Origin: a virus
Lineage: Duplodnaviria; Caudoviricetes
IMG/VR virus record: IMGVR_UViG_3300047557_002530
DNA length: 64,000 bases
Reading direction: 5' to 3' (one strand)
The notes under the pieces are model-generated. The model did not search any database, was not told the origin of the DNA, and saw nothing but the letters and a program-made list of their open reading frames with translations. The position numbers and the translations under genes were made by a program. Numbering within the stretch: the first letter of the stretch is position 1; every line of letters starts with the position of its first letter. This document shows, in pieces, positions 11,291 to 20,348 of the stretch.

Positions 11291-11689
11291 ATGTCTTTAA
11301 TTGGAAAAAGAAAAGGAAGACCAACTACAAAATATCAGTTTGAGTTAATTTTAAAAAAGTTTTTGGTCTTTTTAAAAAGAGAACTTAAATTTAATTATAA
11401 TATTCCAATTATTCTTGTGGATGATGTTGATTTTTCTAAAAACAATAAAACATTTGGTATAATGTATCCAGATAAAATTGTTATTAGTATTGTCAATCGT
11501 CATCCTATAGATATTTTAAGAACAGTAGCACACGAATATATTCACCATAAGCAACAAAGTGAAGGTAAAAAACTAAATGGAAATGCAGGAAGTTCCAGTG
11601 AAAATGAAGCAAATGCAAAGGCGGGTGAGATAATAAGAAAATATGGAAATCTTCATCCAGAGTTATTTGACCTAATACCTATTAGATAA
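11291..11689 (+). CDS. Hypothetical protein with zincin-like HExxH motif
   Basis: RTVAHEYIHHKQ...ENEANAKAG. Confidence 0.6.
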   Translation: MSLIGKRKGRPTTKYQFELILKKFLVFLKRELKFNYNIPIILVDDVDFSKNNKTFGIMYPDKIVISIVNRHPIDILRTVAHEYIHHKQQSEGKKLNGNAGSSSENEANAKAGEIIRKYGNLHPELFDLIPIR

Positions 11690-11728
11690 TTTGTTTTTAT
11701 AAATAACTAAAAAGTATTTGTAAAAAAA

Positions 11729-12448
11729 ATGTCTAGACTCACTGGAAATGATGCATATGGTCTGATGGAAGCATATTCTGCTGTTTATCAACCAAGACTA
11801 GAATTGACTGAGGAAGAAATTTGGGAAGAAGTTGAAAACTTTGTAAATGAACTCATAGAGGAAGGATATGATCTGAGTGAGTATACTTGGGAAGATATGT
11901 ATGAAGCATATATCGAAGAGGCAAGAGCAGAAGGTGTAAAACCTTATAAACCACAGCCATTAAAACCATTACCTCAAGCAAAACCACTTTCTGGACAGAG
12001 GGGTGATGGAAGTGGATATAAAGATCGTACTGGAAAAACAGAAGGGCCTCTTATTACAGTAAATCCAGGAAATCCAGAAGAAGCAAGAAAAGCTTTAGAA
12101 AAAACTAAACAAAAACCACATACAAGAACTGGAAACCCAACTAGGATTATGAGCCCTAATCTTTCTACCACTAGAGAGGTTGATGCTGTTCGTGGAATGG
12201 TTCAAGGTAAAGCGATCAATAATCCAACAGCATCTAGTTTGCCTAAAGGGTCATCGGCAAAACCAAAACTTTCTAGAGAAATTATAAGAAGACCTCAAGC
12301 AGAGGAAGTAGATGTATATGATGTTATTCTTTCTCACTTGCTTGATGAAGGATATGCAAGTTCTGTAGATGCTGCAGAAGCAATTATGGTTAATATGAGT
12401 GAAGATTGGAGAGATATTATTATTGAAGAAATCCTTGGTGAAGCATAG
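11729..12448 (+). CDS. Putative head-packaged/internal protein
   Basis: TAAATA late promoter at 11700; LMEAYSAVY leader; YDVILSHLLDEGYA...AEAIMVNMSEDW module shared with 46854..47621. Confidence 0.55.
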   Translation: MSRLTGNDAYGLMEAYSAVYQPRLELTEEEIWEEVENFVNELIEEGYDLSEYTWEDMYEAYIEEARAEGVKPYKPQPLKPLPQAKPLSGQRGDGSGYKDRTGKTEGPLITVNPGNPEEARKALEKTKQKPHTRTGNPTRIMSPNLSTTREVDAVRGMVQGKAINNPTASSLPKGSSAKPKLSREIIRRPQAEEVDVYDVILSHLLDEGYASSVDAAEAIMVNMSEDWRDIIIEEILGEA

Positions 12449-12582
12449 GGTCTTGGTGGCGTAACCAAGAATCCTAAGAAACTCCGTAAGCAAAAAGCAA
12501 TGGGTGAGCACGGTTGAAAATCTAAATTATAAAATTTATTGACCCCCTCTTTCTAAATATAAGAAAGAGGGGGGATTTTTTT

Positions 12583-13266
12583 ATGTTTGCTCTAAGAGGA
12601 TTTCAATATGAAAAAAGTATTTTTAACATGTTGATGCAAAATAATCTGACGGAACAAAGGTATAGCCCTGCGGCAAGTTCCCACGAATCAGACACTGCAT
12701 TTAAAATTAAAAATAAAGTTTATAATTTAGAAGTTAAATTAGACCTAAACGCAGATTTTGGGCAAGGAACTTTAAGATATGATATCGATAATAAAACCTG
12801 GGTTACTTATTCTGACAATCGATCTATGAAAAAAATATTAGACTTTTTTGAAGTTGCTGATTTTGCGAATGAATCTTGGAAAGGGGTAATTCCATATAGT
12901 AACTATAAACACGTTGACATTTATAAAAAAAGACCTCCTCAAAAAAGATTGTTACCACATGAAGATCTTTCGGATAGGAGAAATTTTACAGATAATTACA
13001 AAAAATTAACTGGAAATCCAATAGCAGATTATTACAACAGCAAAGACGTGTATTATATTCAAATAGGAAAAAATAAAGGATTTTATTATATGGGGAAAGA
13101 TATTGCTAATTTAGGAGTTCCCGAATTCAATCCAACAGAGCAAAAAATAAGAATAAGAAGAAAAGAAGGTAGGTTTACTACTGCTATTCTTATAAGCACA
13201 AATGTCCCAAGCTCTTTATATAACTTAGATTATAATGCAATATTTTTGATCAATAAAAATAAATAA
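12583..13266 (+). CDS. Hypothetical protein, possible PD-(D/E)XK nuclease fold
   Basis: ESD...NLEVKL...ADFGQG spacing resembles PD-(D/E)XK. Confidence 0.45.
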   Translation: MFALRGFQYEKSIFNMLMQNNLTEQRYSPAASSHESDTAFKIKNKVYNLEVKLDLNADFGQGTLRYDIDNKTWVTYSDNRSMKKILDFFEVADFANESWKGVIPYSNYKHVDIYKKRPPQKRLLPHEDLSDRRNFTDNYKKLTGNPIADYYNSKDVYYIQIGKNKGFYYMGKDIANLGVPEFNPTEQKIRIRRKEGRFTTAILISTNVPSSLYNLDYNAIFLINKNK

Positions 13267-13286
13267 ATACTTAGAAACACTATAAG

Positions 13287-14573
13287 ATGAAGAAATTTTC
13301 CCAATTTATATTAGAAGCAAAAGAAACCAGAGCCTCCGAGCAAGCAAAAAAGCTTGGTCTGGTTGGTGATGGTCATGGGGATTGGTATAATTCTCAGGGA
13401 GAATTTGTTGCTAAAACTGTAGACGGGCAACTCAAATTCTTTAATCAAGGACAGAGAGTGGGACAGAGAGATATTCCTCCAAAACCAGGCAAAGGAAGAG
13501 GAGCAGCAACAGCACAACAGCAAATTTCTCCTCAACAATCTCAGGGACAGCAAATTTCTCCCCAAAGAATACCTATCGGACAAGAAGATCAAATGCCTGC
13601 TGATGATGAGTTTTTGACTATTGTTCTTGCCAAATTTAATCCACCATCAAAGGAACATAAGAAGTTATTTACTGCAGCAAAAAGAGTTTCTTTAGGTGGA
13701 GAAGTAAGGATATATCCCTCACAAATACAAGATAATAAAAAAAATCCATTAAGTGTGAATAGAAAGGTATATTATTTGAAAACAATGTTTCCAGAAATTA
13801 AAGATGATATCGTAAACAACCCAGAAATTAGAACTATATTTGATGTTCTAATTGCCGCAAATGAAGATGGATATTCGAATGTAAATATTGTGGTTGGATC
13901 TGATCGCCAAGCTGAAATTCAAAATTTAGCAAATAAACATAATGGGAAATTTTATCAGTATAATGAAATAAAAGTAATTCCTACTGGAACATTTGATTCT
14001 GAGAAAGATGTTTCTGGCATTTCTTCTGGTATGATGAGAAAGACTGCTGCTGATAATAATTTTAGAGAATTTAAAAGAGCAGTCCCTAAAACTATTGATG
14101 ATGTTGATGCTAGAAAATTGTTTAATGAACTTAGAAAGGCAATGGGATTTAAAGAAAATGTTAAAGAAAATTATAATCTTTGGGAAATCGCTCCAGAATT
14201 AGATTTTAAAAATCTGAGGGAAAATTATATTCAGAACAAAATTTTTAAAATAGGTGATATTGTTGAAAATATGAATACTGGATTAGTTGGTAAAGTTATG
14301 CGTAGGGGCACAAATTATTTAATTTGTGTTACCGAAAATGATGTTATGTTTAAATCTTGGATAAAAGACCTTGTTGAATATAGTGAAGTTAAAATGGATA
14401 AAATGTATAGAGAATCTGGGAAACCAAATACTCTTGTTGGTACAACTGGATATCTTAAGTATGCAGTTAAACAAACTCCAGGAGCTACTTTAGGAAAAGA
14501 AAATCTTCAACCTAAAGGTAAGGCATTTCTAAATTTCATAAATAAGTATAGAAAAAGTAAAGTAAGTGCTTAA
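13287..14573 (+). CDS. Cytidylyltransferase-fold (HIGH-like nucleotidyltransferase) protein with capsid-targeting-like N-terminus
   Basis: KFNPPSKEH, IVVGSDR, SGISSGMMR; N-terminus MKKFSQFILEA. Confidence 0.7.
   Translation: MKKFSQFILEAKETRASEQAKKLGLVGDGHGDWYNSQGEFVAKTVDGQLKFFNQGQRVGQRDIPPKPGKGRGAATAQQQISPQQSQGQQISPQRIPIGQEDQMPADDEFLTIVLAKFNPPSKEHKKLFTAAKRVSLGGEVRIYPSQIQDNKKNPLSVNRKVYYLKTMFPEIKDDIVNNPEIRTIFDVLIAANEDGYSNVNIVVGSDRQAEIQNLANKHNGKFYQYNEIKVIPTGTFDSEKDVSGISSGMMRKTAADNNFREFKRAVPKTIDDVDARKLFNELRKAMGFKENVKENYNLWEIAPELDFKNLRENYIQNKIFKIGDIVENMNTGLVGKVMRRGTNYLICVTENDVMFKSWIKDLVEYSEVKMDKMYRESGKPNTLVGTTGYLKYAVKQTPGATLGKENLQPKGKAFLNFINKYRKSKVSA
13517..13561 (+). repeat. 15-nt direct repeat with 30-nt period (QQISPQ twice)
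   Basis: ACAGCAAATTTCTCC at 13517 and 13547. Confidence 0.8.
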
Positions 14574-14578
14574 TTACG

Positions 14579-17071
14579 ATGTCTATTAATCCCCTGAATG
14601 ATATTTCTAGAGTCTATCTAGAACAGGTTGCAATTAAGGAAGCAGTCGATCAAGATACTGATGGAGATACTGATTTTGCTGATGTTAGAATTGCTAGGAT
14701 GATAGCATCTGGTGTTCCTAGAGAAGTTGCAATACAAAAAACGAGAAATAAACCATACAATAAAAAAATAAAGTCAGTAAGGGAATCCCTGATTGGCAAA
14801 CAGTCTGAAATTGATGCGAATAAGAATGGAAAAATTGATTCCCAAGACTTTACAATCCTTCGTTCAACTAAAAAGAAAAGGCAAGTAAAAGAAGGTTTCT
14901 CAAATTGGAGAGAAGATCTGATTGAAATTGTAGATAAAATTCCAAAAAATAAAAGTGAAGATGTAAGAATTACTGATAAGAAAGTTGATAATAAAATTGA
15001 TATTAATCCAAGACTTGATCTTGGAGAAGCAGTAGAAAGTCTTGGCGGAACTCTTATTGAGATGATTGAAATTGATGAAGTAGATTATATTGTTGAAAGT
15101 GTTTATGAAGAATTGCTTGGGGAAGGATATGAAGAGGATGATATTGAGGAAGCACTTGAGTATGCTTTAGTTGAAGCAAAAGTAACTTTCGGACACGATA
15201 CTTCTGAAACAAAAAAGAAAAAGGGAAGAAATCTTTTAGGTGCTGTTGGAAGACTTGCAAGACAAAAACTGTCTTCTAAATATCGTGGTGCTAAAAAAGC
15301 AGTAAGTTCAGCAGCTGTTAGTGGATTAAGAAACGTTGCTAGAGGAGCATTAGGTGCTGCTCGTAAATTAGAGGGAGACAAAAAACCAAGCCCAGTTCAT
15401 TCGCGAGCAGGGACAAGATCGCCTTCGGTGCATCGCGGTGCTGGAGTTGGACAAAGAGAAAGAGTAAGCAGTGGATCTTATTCTGCCCCAAAACCAGAAG
15501 CACCAAAACCATCAGCAAAACCAGAACAAAGAAAAGCATCAACTCCAGTTTCTGATCCTTGGGAGGGATCTTATACATCCCAATCAAAAAAACCATCACC
15601 AAAACCTCAGGCAAAGACAACCAAAGTTCCTGCAAAAACTTCAGAACCGGCACCAGCACAAGGATTGAGTGCTAAACAAAAGGCAGCAGCCATAAGAGCA
15701 CAACGTAGAAACATAAATATATCACCAGAAGATCTTCAGAGAGTTATTAGTAACGTAAAAGAAGATTACTGGAGTACTGTTGCTAAAGCATATAAGGAAA
15801 AATATGAATTACTTGAAAAAGCGGAAAGTGAGCAACAACAAAAACTTTTCGGTCTTGCTCTTTCTGTAAAAAGAGGACAAACTTCAAGAGATAAGGTAAG
15901 TGATAGAGTTCTTGAAATTGTTGATAGTATGAGTGAGAAAAAAATTCGTGACTTTGCTAAAACTCCCCATAAAGGACTTCCTCATAAAATTGAAACAAAG
16001 GAAGAAGCAATAAGACAGGAATTTATTGCCCGAATGGTGAGTAAAATTGAAGAGCAAAGTGGAGTTTATGTTGATGAAGAAAAACTTCAAAGTTCAATGA
16101 AGAAAGGTAAAAAAAAACTAGAAAGCAATACCCAAGTTTTTCACGATGTAGATGATAATCTTGTAGATCAGAGACATCCTGATGCTGCAAAAATTGATGT
16201 GATGAGAAAAACTGGCGGTGAGTGGAAAAGAGTACAATCATTAACACCTAGTCAGTTTGCTCATCATAGACTAAGAAAACCTGGAGAACCTGTAAAGAAA
16301 GAAAATGATCCCGGTGATAAGTATGGGTTTAACCAGTTTAGAGACACTGAAAAATTCAAAAAAACAACAAAACCAAATAAACCAGTAGTTAGATTGGGAG
16401 ATAGTTCAAGAAGACCAGCACAAAAAGAAGTTGTGACTGCTCGTGGCGGATCTAAATTTGGAAGTAAAAAACCAAGCACCCCTATGGATAACCCTGGGGA
16501 ATTTGCTAAAGATTTGAAAACTAGAATTGGTGTAAAAAATCTTGAAAGAAAGAACGTCCATTTTACTGGCGGAATGCGTAAGGGATCTGGACCTGAGAAA
16601 AAGGCTGAGGTTGTTAAAAAAATTGTGAAACCTGATGTTAAGAAAGTCATTGCAACTGATGATCACTTACAGAATGTAAGACATATGGCAGCAGCGGCAT
16701 CTGAGGTAGCACCTAAGGCAAAAGTTAGAGCATATCAATCAAAACCTGCTACAAAAGCAAAAGGTAAAGTGAGGTCTGGTGATATTGTTCCGGTAAGAGT
16801 TGGTAAGGAAAGTGATTTGAATGATCCTAAAATTGGAATTAGAAAAAATACTTCTCCTTCAGGGTCACCAAAAGAAACACAAAGAAGAAGAAAGCAACAA
16901 AAGATGGGTGAAGCAGTTGATCTAAATCAACCCCAAGAGAAACCCCAAAATCCATCTGCGGTCAATCAAGTTTTACAAGCAAAAATAAAAGCAGATTCTG
17001 CAAAAAAAGAATTTGCCACCAAACAAAGAATGGCGGCACAAAAGGGCGTTGATTTATCTTCAATTTCCTAA
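14579..17071 (+). CDS. Large modular putative internal protein (EF-hand-like motifs, DUF3008-like block, HAD-like domain)
   Basis: DQDTDGDTDFAD; DANKNGKID; AESEQQQKLFGLAL...DFAKTPHKGLP; FHDVDD...VTAR...KK...TDD. Confidence 0.6.
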   Translation: MSINPLNDISRVYLEQVAIKEAVDQDTDGDTDFADVRIARMIASGVPREVAIQKTRNKPYNKKIKSVRESLIGKQSEIDANKNGKIDSQDFTILRSTKKKRQVKEGFSNWREDLIEIVDKIPKNKSEDVRITDKKVDNKIDINPRLDLGEAVESLGGTLIEMIEIDEVDYIVESVYEELLGEGYEEDDIEEALEYALVEAKVTFGHDTSETKKKKGRNLLGAVGRLARQKLSSKYRGAKKAVSSAAVSGLRNVARGALGAARKLEGDKKPSPVHSRAGTRSPSVHRGAGVGQRERVSSGSYSAPKPEAPKPSAKPEQRKASTPVSDPWEGSYTSQSKKPSPKPQAKTTKVPAKTSEPAPAQGLSAKQKAAAIRAQRRNINISPEDLQRVISNVKEDYWSTVAKAYKEKYELLEKAESEQQQKLFGLALSVKRGQTSRDKVSDRVLEIVDSMSEKKIRDFAKTPHKGLPHKIETKEEAIRQEFIARMVSKIEEQSGVYVDEEKLQSSMKKGKKKLESNTQVFHDVDDNLVDQRHPDAAKIDVMRKTGGEWKRVQSLTPSQFAHHRLRKPGEPVKKENDPGDKYGFNQFRDTEKFKKTTKPNKPVVRLGDSSRRPAQKEVVTARGGSKFGSKKPSTPMDNPGEFAKDLKTRIGVKNLERKNVHFTGGMRKGSGPEKKAEVVKKIVKPDVKKVIATDDHLQNVRHMAAAASEVAPKAKVRAYQSKPATKAKGKVRSGDIVPVRVGKESDLNDPKIGIRKNTSPSGSPKETQRRRKQQKMGEAVDLNQPQEKPQNPSAVNQVLQAKIKADSAKKEFATKQRMAAQKGVDLSSIS

Positions 17072-17103
17072 ATAGAGAAGGATATCTTTTATAGGAGGTC
17101 ATT

Positions 17104-17277
17104 ATGGGAGTATTAGTAGAGGTCGTAAAACCACTTCTTTTAGCAGCAATGAATTCTTGCCATACAAAAAGACTTGTTTGTGAACTTCTTGATCGTTATG
17201 TAAATACTACTGATAATGATATCGATGATCTAATTGCAGGCACAGTGAGAACTGCGCTTCTTAAAGGTTGTAAGTGA
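17104..17277 (+). CDS. Small hypothetical protein
   Basis: AGGAGG RBS; MGVLVEVVKPLL...DNDIDDLIA. Confidence 0.65.
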   Translation: MGVLVEVVKPLLLAAMNSCHTKRLVCELLDRYVNTTDNDIDDLIAGTVRTALLKGCK

Positions 17278-17369
17278 TTGATTTTTTAAAATAAATTACA
17301 AAGGAGACCAAAAGTAAGGTCTCCTTTTTTTATAAATATTCATATCAAATAATTTTTACGGGAAAAAAC

Positions 17370-18140
17370 ATGGCACTCTGGGGAGACAAAGATAACATTT
17401 TTTCTGGTGGAACAGTATCTTTAGATTACCAAACTGGCGTTGTTACTGGAAGTGGTACAACTTTTGGTAATGTTGGTGCCGCTGGAACTGGAGATGTTAT
17501 CCGCTTTGGCGATGTTGTTGGTGGCACCTATTATGGTGATGCTGTAATCGTTGGTATTGCTAGCACCACTCAATTATCAATTGGTTCAACCAATGGTCTT
17601 AGTGGAGCTACCATTTCTGGAGCTCAGTTCACTGTAAACCAGGAACCAAAGTATACTATTCTTGATGTTTACTATAGTCAGAAGCACGAAGGTTCTGCTG
17701 GAGAGACAATCAATGCTGTTGTGACAACTGCATCTGCTCCTGGAGCATCAATCGGAACCAGCATCGTTGCTGTTGCTAGCACAACTGGAATTCTTGTTAC
17801 AGATACTCTTACTGCTAGTGGTGGAGTCAGTGCTGTAGTTTCTTCAATCGGTGCTACAACTGTTTCACTTGGATCAACAATTTCAGCAGGAATCACGACT
17901 GGTGCAACTATTACATTTACACGTGTAACTGGTGGGCGCAATACTTATGTTGCTGGTGTTGCAACTGAGGGTGTTGGTGCTTCTGCTGGAACTGTATATG
18001 AAATTGGTGCAGGATGGGTTGGAGTTACCACCTATAAGGATGCTGAAGGTAACTTGAGAGTTAAGAAGGAAATTCTTGTTGCAATGTCTGGTATCCAGAC
18101 TGGAAACGTTCCTATCTATGACGCAGATCCAACTGTATGA
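17370..18140 (+). CDS. Probable virion structural protein (Gly/Thr-rich)
   Basis: MALWGDKD...GWVGVTTYKDAEGNLRVKKEILVAMSGI; TAAATA upstream. Confidence 0.6.
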   Translation: MALWGDKDNIFSGGTVSLDYQTGVVTGSGTTFGNVGAAGTGDVIRFGDVVGGTYYGDAVIVGIASTTQLSIGSTNGLSGATISGAQFTVNQEPKYTILDVYYSQKHEGSAGETINAVVTTASAPGASIGTSIVAVASTTGILVTDTLTASGGVSAVVSSIGATTVSLGSTISAGITTGATITFTRVTGGRNTYVAGVATEGVGASAGTVYEIGAGWVGVTTYKDAEGNLRVKKEILVAMSGIQTGNVPIYDADPTV

Positions 18141-18152
18141 TATTAATAGAAT

Positions 18153-18545
18153 ATGTTATTTGATGAGTTGAATGAGGATAACTTTCTTTTATTTGCTATT
18201 AAACATTATGAAAATCCTCAGGCAGTAACAAAAGAAGACTTTGAAAAAGACTTAAATCACTTTAAGTATATTAAAAGATTATTGAAACGATATAAGAATA
18301 CAGGTCAGTTAAAATCTCATCTTCTTCTTAATCATTTTATTATTCTTTATAATATTTTTGGTGATGCAACAACTCCTATGCTTTTCTATAAGATAGAAGA
18401 GGATTTGTGGTCCGCAATGAAAACATTTATTATATTTCTTGGAAAACTGCCTGAGTATCCAAAATGTTATATTCACGACGTACAAGTTGATTTAAACTGT
18501 CTCTCCGAATTGTATAAAATCTACAATGAATCCCAAGAAACTTGA
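18153..18545 (+). CDS. Conserved T4-like hypothetical protein
   Basis: MLFDELNEDNFLLFAIKHYENP...LNHFIILYNIFG. Confidence 0.7.
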   Translation: MLFDELNEDNFLLFAIKHYENPQAVTKEDFEKDLNHFKYIKRLLKRYKNTGQLKSHLLLNHFIILYNIFGDATTPMLFYKIEEDLWSAMKTFIIFLGKLPEYPKCYIHDVQVDLNCLSELYKIYNESQET

Positions 18546-18738
18546 TAGAATTATTTCTATAATCAGAGAAGAAATGATGACAGCAAATCCTCCTGGAGGA
18601 TCTGGTGCTTTTTCTGATTCTGGAGATCCAAAAACTAGAGGTGGATTTAGTCCTGTGATGGGATTAAGAAGAAGACGAGGCCCACAAATCAAACTTCCAC
18701 CTGGTTCTCGTAAAAGGTGGAAGAAATCGGAACAATAA
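18526..18738 (+). CDS. Hypothetical protein
   Basis: Intact ORF overlapping the previous stop. Confidence 0.55.
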   Translation: MNPKKLDRIISIIREEMMTANPPGGSGAFSDSGDPKTRGGFSPVMGLRRRRGPQIKLPPGSRKRWKKSEQ

Positions 18739-18802
18739 ATAATAACAAAACTACTTGAGTTATTTGTTTCGGTAGTCTAGGAAATAATAACTCACTAAAG
18801 AG

Positions 18803-19210
18803 ATGTTTAATTCAAATACTTCTACAGACACTAAAATTGCTGTTTTAGAAGAAAGACTTTCTTCATATGAGATTATGATGAGAAAGATTGACGAAGCAAT
18901 ACAGATTATGGGTAAAACTAGTCAAAATATTAGTAAAATGCTTGCTGTTCATGAAGAAAGAATAGAACAATCTCATAGAGCAGACGATTATATTGGCAGA
19001 CTAATTGAAGAATTAAAATTAGAAAATAAAGATCAACATGATGCAGTAACTGAAAGAATAGAAAAAATAGAAAGTAAACTAGAAGAAGTTATAAAGTTTC
19101 GTTGGATAATCATTGGAGTTTTTGCTGTTATTTCCTTTGGACTTTCTCAATCTCATATGGTTATAGATCTTCTAACACCAGATTCTTCTCAAGTACAAAT
19201 AAAAAAATAA
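18803..19210 (+). CDS. Coiled-coil protein with C-terminal transmembrane segment
   Basis: KIAVLEERL...KFRWIIIGVFAVISF. Confidence 0.65.
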   Translation: MFNSNTSTDTKIAVLEERLSSYEIMMRKIDEAIQIMGKTSQNISKMLAVHEERIEQSHRADDYIGRLIEELKLENKDQHDAVTERIEKIESKLEEVIKFRWIIIGVFAVISFGLSQSHMVIDLLTPDSSQVQIKK

Positions 19211-19379
19211 ATAGTTGAGTGTTGGCGACAGGGCCAATGAAAACTAAAAATAAGACAACAATTTATTCCCTTCAAAAAATTACAAATTCAGTTATAAAGT
19301 GGACGTGTCTTATAACTGTTTTGTGTCTTGACAAGACCAGATAGTCTGGTAGAATAGATGGACACCTCACTGTATTGTC

Positions 19380-20348
19380 ATGGATTTTGTTGATGTTAAA
19401 TACATCAATTTGATATCTGGTAGATTTCAAAAGTTTAAAAAAGTAAAACCCAATCTTTATAATTTTCGTTGTCCTATTTGTGGAGATTCGCAAAAGAATA
19501 AAAATAAAGCAAGGGGATATTTGTATCAGGTAAAAAATAATACAAATTTTAAATGCCATAACTGCGGTATCAACATATCTTTTAATAACTTTTTAAAGCA
19601 GATTGATAGTGTAATCTATAAGCAGTATACTTTTGAAAAGTTTAAAGAAGGACATACTGGAAAAAACTTTACAGTAGAAGAACCTGTATTTAAATTTGAA
19701 ACGCCAAAGTTTAAATCAAAAATAAATTTACCTAAAGCATCATCAAACTTTGATGCAAAGAAGTATCTGGAAAGTAGAAAATTAAATCCAGATAACTATT
19801 ATTACGCCGAAAAGTTTAAGGAGTGGACCAACTCTCTTCGCCAAACATTCGACAGCACAGATAAAGATGAACCAAGGATTATTATTCCTTTGTTTTATCA
19901 AAATAATCTAGTCGGATTTCAGGGAAGAGCACTTGGTCCCAGTAAGGTTAAATACATCACTATAATGCTTGACGATGACGCACCAAAAATCTATGGTCTC
20001 GATGAAGTCCAAAAAAGTGAAACTGTCTACATCACCGAAGGTCCGTTCGACTCAACCTTCATTCGCAACGCAATTGCTTTGTGTGGAGCTGATGGTGATG
20101 TTACTAAGTGGGATATTCGCGATTGTGTTTGGATATACGATAACGAACCACGTAATACAGAAATCCTATCAAGAATTTCCCGTGTTATCGAGGATGGACA
20201 AAAAGTTGTCATCTGGCCTTCAACAATAAAAGAGAAGGACATCAATGATATGGTTCTATCTGGACTTGATGTTCAGAGTGTGGTAGAATCTAATATCTAC
20301 TCTGGATTAGAAGCAAAACTTAAATTTACTGCCTGGAAGAAAGTATGA
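19380..20348 (+). CDS. gp61: DNA primase
   Basis: Zn finger CPICGDS...CHNC; TOPRIM EGPFDS. Confidence 0.95.
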   Translation: MDFVDVKYINLISGRFQKFKKVKPNLYNFRCPICGDSQKNKNKARGYLYQVKNNTNFKCHNCGINISFNNFLKQIDSVIYKQYTFEKFKEGHTGKNFTVEEPVFKFETPKFKSKINLPKASSNFDAKKYLESRKLNPDNYYYAEKFKEWTNSLRQTFDSTDKDEPRIIIPLFYQNNLVGFQGRALGPSKVKYITIMLDDDAPKIYGLDEVQKSETVYITEGPFDSTFIRNAIALCGADGDVTKWDIRDCVWIYDNEPRNTEILSRISRVIEDGQKVVIWPSTIKEKDINDMVLSGLDVQSVVESNIYSGLEAKLKFTAWKKV

